64,000 nucleotides of DNA from Lingula anatina (taxonomy: Eukaryota; Animalia; Brachiopoda), in contig CM120644.1 of the NCBI GenBank assembly GCA_051362555.1, positions 17,072,534 through 17,136,533 on the forward strand, in the 5' to 3' direction. Every line of letters starts with the position of its first letter. The first letter of the stretch is position 1. Of the stretch, positions 38,458 through 50,000 are shown piece after piece. Made by a program: the position numbers and the translations under genes. Below the pieces are notes generated by a model. It made no database searches. It was given only the letters and a program-made list of their open reading frames with translations, and was not told the origin of the DNA.

Positions 38458-41440
38458 AGATAACAGCTGGCTTTAAATAGCAATTAATTCTCGCAGTTGT
38501 GACTTATTTTGGTCATACCTCCAAATCTACAAAAACCGCCTTGTATATAAATCATCAAGGCAACTGCTGGGGGGTTTGAACTATAAATATAACCAGTTGC
38601 AGAGAGGGTTAAGAATGGTATCTCAATATAAGGGACCATTCAAGATGAGTTGCACTGACCTTGCTAATGCACACTATCTACACAGGGACTCTCGCTAAAT
38701 GCAATCAGATGATCAGGCATACATGCCTCCTTTTGTTTCCAACATGCTGGATTAATCTTCATCTTTTCTGTACTCTACTCAAAGCCACGATCCCGCTTCT
38801 GAGTTATATAAGGTCCACAAAACTAATTGTGAATGAGCCCCTAAGACATGACATTATCACGTAAGGCACCCACGCTGTACATGCAATTTTAAAGCAATAA
38901 TAACTCTTCGTTTCGGCCAAAAAATGAATTTTCCTGGAGTAAACAACAATTTTCCCATGCTTACCAATAGTTAATGAATCCATTTTTACATTCAAAGTTA
39001 GTCCCTGGTTTTTTTCTAAAAAGTTGGGTTTTTTGTTAAAATCTCTTAAGAGATTTTAACAGAGTATAGACATCAATGGAGGTCACGTGGTCTAAAGACA
39101 AGTTCAAATATCAGAATAAAAGCTATAACTGCTGTTTTTGTGGTAAAACAGAATATATTATATTTCTATGAGTTATTCACAAGGTTTTTATTGTGAAATA
39201 TAGGTCTCATACAAAGAGTTATTATGCCTTTAAAGCAAATCTTCCTAGATGTCACCATCCAGATATAAATAGTTTTGCGCTTCTGACCATTCAGCACATT
39301 TCCTACCTGCAGCCATGTTGCATACATATGCTTCATCACTCACAGGTATCTTTAAGTCATTTTTACAAAAGTGACCACTCTCGATCATTGAAGTCTCATG
39401 ATCGATGGGCTACTTGAACATGCTTATATTAATTTGTCAAATATGTAAGGTCACCTTTGTGATATTGGTCTCTTTTATGCTTTTTGGATGACTGGCTACT
39501 TTAAAGTAAACATCCTTGTTAAGACAATCAAATTTGGCAGTTAAATGACAAAAAAAAAAAGGCAAGCATCCATTAAGATTAGTATTGCAAAGTAAATTTG
39601 TCGGCTAAAATTCACAGCAGTTATTGCTGAGAAGGCCCTATTTCAACTCTACATTTTTTTCGTATGGGTTCCAATCAGTGTCATCTAAAGTGACAATTCT
39701 ATATTAAGATAATGTGCCAGAGGCAAAAAAAAAAAAGTAACACTTTGAACTGCCTTCTTATATCATGTGCTGGTGCATGACAAACAAATGTACAAGTTAA
39801 AAGAAAATTCATGACATCTTTCAATTATTCTGTATTTCACCTGTCCGGACTTTCTGTAAACAGGCAATCTCCACGGTTGTTTATCCCTGTAATTGTCCTA
39901 AAATACTGACAAGTTCATGTTTGGATCACGTATATCTCTTAAATATCTCCAACGTGGTATGCATGCGTGATCTGGTAAACAAGCCAACCTCAGTGGTATC
40001 ATTTTTCTTACCAAAAAAATTAGGTCATCTGGTAAAAAAAACCCAAAAAACTTAACTTCGAAAGGTTTATTCAGGATAATCCAGCAGATGTTGACTGCAA
40101 TTAAATCATTTTTGGTCTTATGCCTTAGTCAGTTATTGTCTTTTTACAAAACAGTTGCAATACTCATTTACAATGAACTACCAACAATTTAAGTCGAAGT
40201 AAACTAGAGTGGTCTTAGACCCCATTTCCATAGATTTTAGATCGATCTATCCCTGTGGGGAGTCTCACTAGATTACTGTCAGCTTAGCCGACTTAAGCGT
40301 CTGCCCTGCCTACTGAAAGCTGTAAGGGGGTAATTAACTATGGTGCGCGCTCGGCTGACTGCAATTTAGCGTGAACCACCACGGAGAGGTGCATTCATAA
40401 CAGATGATTCTTGGATTTACAGATCCACAGATCAAATATGGTGGACCCTACATGAAAGAAAAGTCGACTAATCCGCTGATGGTCTCCTCGCCTCCACACA
40501 CGCCATTAAACGGATTAAATCACGGCTCCAATGTTTAATTGCTAGATCCTTGCAAGGACAGCGCGTGTGGAGACGAGGAGACCATCAGCGTATTATTCAA
40601 CTCTTCTTCTATGTAGGGTCTAAAAGCTCTAAAAGTTAACACCAACTTACAGTCAGAAGTTCTTTTTTGAAACCAACAAATGTGCCACAGCACGTAGTGG
40701 TTACAGATTCGTAAACGGAGAGAGTCACCAACAAATCATCCTAGTATTTCTGTCACATAAGCCGGCTAGTGTAATGCCTCCATGTGTAAAGCAAATGGCT
40801 TGGTGTAATGACATCTCTGTTATGTGAAGACAGTGCTGAATATAGGGTTGTACATCCAAATTCACACAAAATAAACATCCAAGAGCGATTCACACTAGCA
40901 TGTCTGTTTTAGATACAACTTTGAACACCTAAAACACGGAGGGATCTTGGAGGGCAATGTGGTATCATTCTTCAGCTGCATCCACTACTTTAAACAGCTA
41001 GAGACCTAATAAGGATTCTGCATGAGGCAATGCATTCAATTGCTTGTTCTAAAAGAATGGGATTGATCCTACTTGGAGATATGCCTGGTGTAAATACCCC
41101 TAACAATGTTTCCATGTAAATCTTAATCTTCTCAAACCTTGTCGTCAATGGTGCCCTAATTCATCTACGAAATTACAGGTCACTCATCTACTCCGCCTCT
41201 AGTAATTACTTTCTCAAAGAGTGCAGTGTCACACAAATAATTAAAGATTATGATCGCAGGAAATAAATCTTTTTATGACTTTGAGTCAGCCTAAGATTTC
41301 AGTGAAGACAGGCCAAGCTGTAGCATCTATAAAGTGGACTTAACACGGATATTTACCATTTTCTATCTTCCAATTTTTTATTTTTTAAAAGAAATCCTGC
41401 ACCTATATCTCAAATTCATGTTATACTCTAAATAATAGAA

Positions 41441-41492
<52 letters not shown>

Positions 41493-44400
41493 CATTGCCA
41501 TGTATGTTCAGAATGAAGTGGTATAGTCTTTTCAAAATATACACAAAAAGGTATAGTTGTAAGATTAGAATGATTTCTTAAAGTGATGATTAAAAAGATA
41601 TGAAAAAAATTAATTGCTGCTGACGCATTTTCAACAAAAAATCCTTGAGATGAGGCTCTTTAACCCAGGCACTGATTGGCCGTGTCAGAACAAAATAACC
41701 ATCATTTTCTCTGTGGCTCATATCAAACTTGAAAACAAGCACACTCAGCCCACAAAATCAGTCACTGCTGACGTCTTCGGCCCATAAATAACTTGCCTAC
41801 TGGTCCATTGTTGTGTGGAGATAGTGATCACAATAACAGCTTACATCATATCAGTTGTCAGCAAGGGAGAAAAAGGAACTTTTCACGTCTTAATACTCGA
41901 GCCAAACAGCCTGTACTGGTATACTTTGAGAGATTGACAGCTTTTACGAAATAGCTTGGCCTTTTTGTACAAGAGACACCTAATCGTGTACAGCCCTCAG
42001 TAGCTAATTACATGTTGCAGCCCCTCAAAATGTACTGTTACAGACAGCACAGTACCACTTGATATGTAAAGGGACAAAGATCTTTTTTTTTTTTTTTGGG
42101 GGGGGGGCTGATACAAATACTCGTTCTTTAAATCAGAACAGCTTCCTCAAACTATAAGTCTATAAGGACAGGAAACCAACTATTAAATGGTCAACAAAAT
42201 ATCAAAATTTCATTTATGAAATTATTAGGTCGATTGTACCCATGCAGAACATGTTTGGCATTATCAACCCACCTTTCAAAAGTTGGCAGCTTCAATACTT
42301 AATTTTTTATAGATATCTATTGAAACCTGTGTTTTTCAATGTTCTGAATACACAGAAATCACTTACCTGATCTAAACTGGACTCCTAACATCTTACTCCT
42401 CAAAACAATTAAGATATCAATATTTGCAAAAGAATAAGCCTGAAAAGCTTGTTCTTGTTCAAAACCGAATAACAACTGCATTCACGTTAATACAGACAGT
42501 TCTTTCTATATCCCACCTTCTGGCAATACTGTTCTCTCATTGGCTACAAACATGAAGCAAACATTCATGGAAATGCAACAAAAAATATAAGCCAATCAAA
42601 TCTTGGATAACATTTTCCAAAGAGCAAGTGGGCAATGAGAGGAAGGTGATGATTGGTTATTTTCCCAGGTGAATGGGGAAAGGAGAACGAGTAACTGCCC
42701 TAAGTGTACAGGTACTGGTTTTAATTCTGGATGCCGATCAGCTATAAACAGATCGCTATAGAAATACCTCTTGCTCCTTTAAATACCAGGAATGGCTACA
42801 GGCTTATTATTCATCTGTGAAGAAACTGGGAGTTACATTTAGTTGGGATATTTCCGTTCTCCTGACTGAGTGTAGGTGTTCTGATAGTTACCGTACAGAG
42901 AGTAGTAGAGGTCAATATTTTTCTAGTGTATCAACAAAATAACATTGTGCACACTTACTTTGACTATGCCCTTTTTTTACAAAAAGGGGAAAAAAATCAA
43001 ATTTTGAAAAATCTCATACTTTGTAGAGAATCTTTGCAACAAATTCACAGTAATTTTACATACAAAAATAGCACACAGTGGACAAAACCTCTGATGGGAC
43101 ATAAAAAGCCATGAACTTGACAATGAACCTGGTTAAAACAATGGACGATAGCACATTTCACATAATGGAGTCTTTAATTCTTATCGCTAATAGCTCACAT
43201 TATCAGCTGTGGTCATTTGCGGTCCAGCTGTGACGTCCAAGTGCCAACCGCAATGTCAGCAATGGCCAAATATAGAATCATGCATCTATGTACTTATGTG
43301 ATATCCATCTACTTGCATGCATTAATGTGTATATTTCCCCTCTAATTTCCCCCATTGTAATAGTCTCACTTAAATACTTCCTTTCCTTATCGGACAAGTC
43401 TGTTTATGTTCTATTTAAACACACAAACAACAAGCTTACACACATTCTCGATCACATTCCACTTCAGTAACTTGTGTTTTTGAAAACATTTGTCTCTCAA
43501 AATATCTCAAATTTAAGTGTTTTTTTTCTGCTCAGTTGACAGCGTTTGTTTTGGTCGCAAGGATATGGTAAGGACTTCAGTAGTAACAAATAAACACAAC
43601 AGTCTCAACTTGCCGATAATGACCACGATAGGACTAGAATAATTTATTTATCATGCAACAGATCTTATTATTCATATTTAGTTTCTGATTCTGATTGTAG
43701 AGAACCAGTGATTTAGTGATGTGTTTGTTTACAACATTCAAATCTTCTTTTTGTTTCTGTCTATTCTTTTCTACATGTATTTGATTTATTTGTTAACTAT
43801 ATTCTAAGCTTTTTTATGTTTCTGTCTATTCTTTTCTACAATCATTCAATAAATACCAGGGTAGTAAAATATATTGAATAAAATAAAATAAAAATTGCTC
43901 TTTTGGACCTATTGAAACTTGCAGCTAAAAAATGGCCTCATTTTGCAAAATGTTAGAAAACTCAATCTACAACCACGTTGCAGGTAAAAAAAGGACAAGA
44001 ATAAAAGAATAATCAAAATCCAATTAAGAGAAAAATCTCTATATTCGTCTGAAGTTCAAGGCAATCCAATCCAAGTTATAAATAGAGAGACTCTGAATTC
44101 TTAGAATTCTGATGACGCTAGGGAATATTGATTCAGTTATTAATAGAGAAGTTCAATTGCTTTTTTGATTCAGAGTAAGCCCAAAAGACATTTTGATAGT
44201 ACAGATAAATTGCTTTTATTGTTGTTGTTGTTTTCTTCAGTCTTAGAGGTCATCCACGTTTAGCATCATTCTCACAAGTTTAAAAACCATTTGCTGAAGG
44301 GGGGGGGGGGGGTTGCTTTCTGTACGCTTCCGAAAAATAACACAAATGATGATCCAAAATAATGTCAAGGGTCATAATTTTTAACTTTCCAGCTTGTACT

Positions 44401-46344
44401 TTTTGAAGGTGGGGGTGAGGGTGTTTTTTAAAAAAATCTACTTTTTGTAGACTTGTGAAAATAATGATGAAATGGATTACCCTTATCTTATATTTTCCCA
44501 TTTTTTTTTAAATTTAAACTGGAAAAGTCAAGATGTTACTTCAAAGAAATGTGCTGCAGTAGATTTTTCAGTAAATAAAAACACATTATCTGCTACTAAC
44601 CCATTTTCTACCACCTCCCCATAATCCCACCCAGCCTTCTTTTGACACACACGCACACACATCAAACCGACATAACTAAAAAAAAAAAAGGAAAAAAAAA
44701 AAAAAAACAGAAAAGAAGATGTAATCTAAGGAAACACCACATACGAAGTGATAACCAGCAAACTGCCTTGCTGCAAAAATTAATGAATAAGGTTATGCCT
44801 CAAGAATCTAACTCAGAAAAAAAATCCAAAAAAAAAAAAAAAAGAATCCTTGAAAATAAACCACCAGATGCCACAACTTTCAAGTATCCGAGGCATTTGA
44901 TAAACTGCACCATCCGGTGATTTGCCAGGTTTTATGGGTCTCATCTCAGAAATTTATGTTCATGTGTAGGAGGTACATCAATGCTAACTTGATATGCTCA
45001 GTCAGGGATTTTTTTTTTTTATTTTACTGCTATATAATGTATATGCACTTTAAATGAACATCAAAGAATCCAGGGAATTCTTATTCAAATTTTTACAACA
45101 TAACCATCATTCAACTTTTTACATCTTTTAAAAAAACTTTTCTAAGTTGTTTTTTATGTTTGGAATATTTTCCGTAGATATTGGTTATGTAATTTTCACA
45201 TATTGACCAATTTATAACCACAATTACATAACTTACTCTAACACACACATTCATTCATGTTAAGAACAACCATGCACGAAAGTTGTTGTAGTTGGACAAG
45301 CTTCCTATGTGCATGGAATATGAATTGTGTTAGTTGGGTTTTGCATTTGTTGTGACATATCACAATGGTTGCGTTACATGCTGCACCATTTAATTATCAC
45401 CGCCAAGGAGGTTATGTTTTCACCCTTGTCTGTCTGTTTGTCATCAACATAACTCAAAAAGTTATGGACCGATTTTGATGAAATTTTCAGGGTAGGTCAG
45501 AAATGGGTTAACTTAGAAGTAATTAATTTTGGTGGTGATCTGGATCAATAATCAATCAATAATCAATAATAATAAAAAATTGCTGCCTTGGTGGAGGTCT
45601 GCGCTCTCGGAGTGCTTTTCTAGTTTAACAATGCAATCACTAAAGAACATGACCAAATGGGTGACAAAGAACAAAGGCAGTGGCAGTGGATTTTCAAAAT
45701 TTAAATAAAGAAAGAAAACAGTGAAGATGTGAAAGAGTGAAAACAATTTGATAAAGGATGCTTTCCATAGCTTGAAAAAAATTTACTGCATTTTAAGAAT
45801 CACTCAAACTCTGTGATTATTATATTTGAGTATTCATTAACATAAAGAATGAGCAGCTTTGCTTCCTGTGATAATCAGTTTTTTTATGTAAAAAGTATAA
45901 AGATGTTTGTCTTTTTGCCCATGAAAATGGCGCCTACAAGGATTCCTTCAATTGCTCTTTAGCTTAATCTGTAATCTATAAGAAAATGAGCCCCTCATCT
46001 ATTTTCATCCAGCCTCTTGTAGGCGTAATATCCAATACAGCTTACGCTTAGCTCGAAATAAAAATAAACCTGGCAAATCAAAAGGAAGAGCATAGTAGAA
46101 AATAACTGAAGGTTGGAGTTTCTAGGAAACAGGATTCTAAGAAAATGATGAACATTCTAAAATAAAAAAGGATTATGTGCATTAATTGACTTCACTGCAG
46201 ATTCATTTGAGGACAGCTACTCAGGCAAGGTACAATTGTTTTGTCACAGAAATAACAGAAAGCCCCCACAAACCAATAATCACTTCAAAAATAACTGCTA
46301 TCTGCCTAAAGAAATTGAACATAAAAACTATTATGTGCACTAAT

Positions 46345-46381
<37 letters not shown>

Positions 46382-46962
46382 ATCCATCTATACATCCATT
46401 TTTGGGGTTGGGGGGGTGGGGGGGTGCAATTGACAATCCCTTTTACTGCTTTCTCTGCGGCTACTGTTTCTATCCATTGCTAAATTAACTTCTTTAACGT
46501 TATAATCACTACCACTTCTGCCATTACAATATTCTAATATCAAAACCACTACTTCAAATACAACAACAACAACACAATAATAGTAGCAAAACCAAGCAAA
46601 TGACACTGTCAATTTTAATACAAGCTTACCATTTTTGTCTAAACAACCTTCAAGTAAAAATAAATATATCTCATTGACTTTGTCACAAACGTGAGCATCC
46701 CACCATGTTGCATCACCAGGCAATGTGACAAAACGCAATAACTAGGTGAAACCTTGCATGTTTTACTTTATAAAAGGGCAAGCTGGAAGTAATGAGAGTA
46801 CTCAGTGAGTCAGTATAGTCCTTACCTTTTCTTGGTAAATAATGATTGTTTATCTCGGCATCTGGCTCACGAGAGGTGACAGGATCTGAAGATATGAAAA
46901 GGATTTATATCATTTATATCTAGATGTGATTTTTTATATTGTATTATATTTCTAGTAGAAAA

Positions 46963-47015
<53 letters not shown>

Positions 47016-50000
47016 TTACATGCATAATAATAAATAATAATAAAATCATCAAGAATCCAATTTTCATATATATCACAATATTCCATGAGGCATGAAATAC
47101 TCGAGACTTAACCCTACTTGTTAAACAAGCTAAAGATTTCCTTTGTCTTTTCTGTGTTTAAGTTATCCATTTTGTCTCATTTATAAATATCTTATCTTGC
47201 TTAGCGTGACATGGGAAACCTTACAATGCACCTCATCCTGGCGAATGTTTTTAATCTACTCAGCTAAGATTGAAATTTTTCATTGTGTTCGAATTTTTTC
47301 TTCTGGGTGATTGGGCACCACAGTGTACCACAATCATTGTAATCAAAATAATTCTTTACCCTCATTTCTAGACGTGAAGTAATTCCTTCCAGCAACTGTT
47401 TTCATTCCACTGATGACTTTCATATTATCATAACAAAATGTATCTACTTATGTCAGCAAAACAGAGCAAGTTTGTCTCTTTTTTCTGGATTGTTAGCATT
47501 TTAACTTGTGACACTGGGATCAAAATGTTTTAAAGTACATCAGTGATAATGTTCCCAGTTCAGAGAGGTTTTCTTTTTTAGCAGGCCAAGAGACTTTCTT
47601 TTTCAAATAAAATCAAACATCAATAAATAAATATGACCTTCTCATCTGTACTAAACTTATGAGATCGTTTTTTTTTTTTTTTTTTTTTTTTTACTAAACC
47701 AAGCTCTGATACTCCTACTATAAAGACCAAAATCAAAGTCACTCAAGCAACTTATTTTTTCAAAACAATATTTCCTAATATGTCTTCCAAATTCCTTTTC
47801 TTTTTTCAATCATCCACCCTTTAATTTACACACATTATCACATCAAAAGGAGTTCCAGTGCTTTACACTTGACATTACGTAAGTGATATAATTCTGAATC
47901 GGCATTAATTTCCCACCTTGACATTCCCAACCACCCAGATACAGACTGGGTGATACGACTTCAAATTATCTAAAAAATACACACTTCCTTTCTGAAAAAA
48001 GATGGGCTTCTTGTTAAGATCTAATTCTTTACATCAAAGAGCTGGTGGGTGGAGAAAGGGGCTACTATTCTCTTTTTCATGTAGAAAAGTGTAGATCAGA
48101 CAGTACCTATCTTTAGATTAGTAATTTTTGCATGAAGGTGTAAAACTGAGCATCTTTATCTCAACAATCAGAAATGCAATGTGTAATATGTCTATTCCTG
48201 AAAACAGATTTTCAATAAAAATTGAAACAGAAGTTAGTACTCTGAGTTTTATTGTATTTATTTTTAATCAAACATTGCTAATTTAATCTCAAAATTCAAA
48301 AAAACTAAAACAGCTTTTGTCTGTAGTAAGAAATACTATGCAGTGTTTGTCTTAAAACTTTCCTTTCAAGCATCTTCCAAAATATGAAACACCACTGACT
48401 TTTTCTAGAAAATTTAGTCTTGAACAGAACCAACATTCTTTGCTCAGTAATTCCATTTTTTTAGTCACACCGTAAATTCAAAACATAATTTTCCCAACCC
48501 TATTCAAGTCCATGAATTTACTACCCTAGATTCTTGCGTCAAACGCCAGATCGTTTACATCAGCCAATGGAAATTGCCTTTATAAAGGTCACATGGGTCG
48601 AAATACTGGAGTTGGAAGTAGTAGTCTACACCATGCTGTTCAAATTATCTTCTTCCCCTGATCGGGTCAACCCATGCTTCTTATGTTCCTTAAAGACTTT
48701 ATCAATGGGCTTCTTTTTTTTCCTATTCTTCAGTAAAAACTAGGGGGGCAATCGGTAAAATGCATCTCAACTTTTGCTAAATGCACATTGTACCTGGTTC
48801 TGCAAACCCACCATCTGATAAAATGCACAAAAGTCTGAGATAAACTTTAAACTTTAAAGTTTATGTTTGATCAATTTTTTCACTATTTCATGACTGATCA
48901 TTTTAGACACTTCACAAAAACACAGAAAAAAAAACCTTTTTGGTCTGAACTCACTTTTCCCCTTTTTATCATAACATTTGACATAATTAAAAAAAAAAAC
49001 CTTTTCAAATTCAGTAAGAAATGATCATAGATGTTTTTACTGGGGTCAACTCTTTATGGCTGCAATCAGAACAGTGGACTAACTAGTCCGCAGATCAAAC
49101 ATGGTGACCCACTGAAAAGCTTGTCATCTAATCCACTAATAGACACTGAATAGATTCCTTATGAGGAAGTATTCATTGGGTTGGCCATATTTGAACCTAT
49201 GCTACTACTGTAAAAACTTGAAAATTTCATCACTTAGAAATTATTTAATAATTTAAAATGCATGAAACCGACATGACAATATCAGGTGACAAACTCTTTT
49301 CAAAATTATTGGGGAGGGGGGAGGGCATTTTTAAGTTTAACAAAATCTTCAAAGCAAAAAAATTTATGTTGGGGGGAATCGTCTTCCAAGAAAATTTTCA
49401 AGTCTGACTAAATTTCCAAGTTTTTACCATAACTGCATCCCTCCCTTCCCACCGATATCCAATCACACTGCTACTACTCTGTAATGATACCCCCCCCCCC
49501 CAATGCCATTAATTCCACATATAGTAATTATGCAGAGCAGTAAAATTAGAGGAGAATAGCGATGCTGCTATGAAAAAGGAATGTAGCCTCCTCATTTGTT
49601 ACCTTGCTATCTCAATTTTTCGCGTTTTACAATATCAAAACATATCAACATGCACATTTCCTTCAAGTTCAAGTACAAAAAGTGAGAATAAAGAATAACA
49701 ACATTTGTGATATAATTTAGGCTCCTGAAGCCTAGAAAGACTTACGACCCAATAGGACATGACACAGCAAAATCACAGTTCAAACAAAAACAGCACTACT
49801 CTAAACAAACTGATCTGACTTTTTGTTTTCTAGTTTGTGTCCTTCAACCCAGCGACTAACTCCAGCTCTGACTCAAGAAAATCAAAAAATCTTTTTTTAA
49901 AATGTCATAACTCCCGGATAACTGTTTCAGGTAATATAGATTCATAAGTCGGAAGAAAATTCTTCATGCAAATCAAATATCTATTAAATCAGTGTTCACC

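Noticed and set aside
38145-38483. Arg/Ser-rich (RRSRRS) and PAAPAA ORFs
   Set aside because: Translation of the 9-bp microsatellite of the HINE.
33600-42400. Orphan minus-strand donors at ~34107 and ~42367
   Set aside because: No convincing matching acceptor or in-phase ORF was found.
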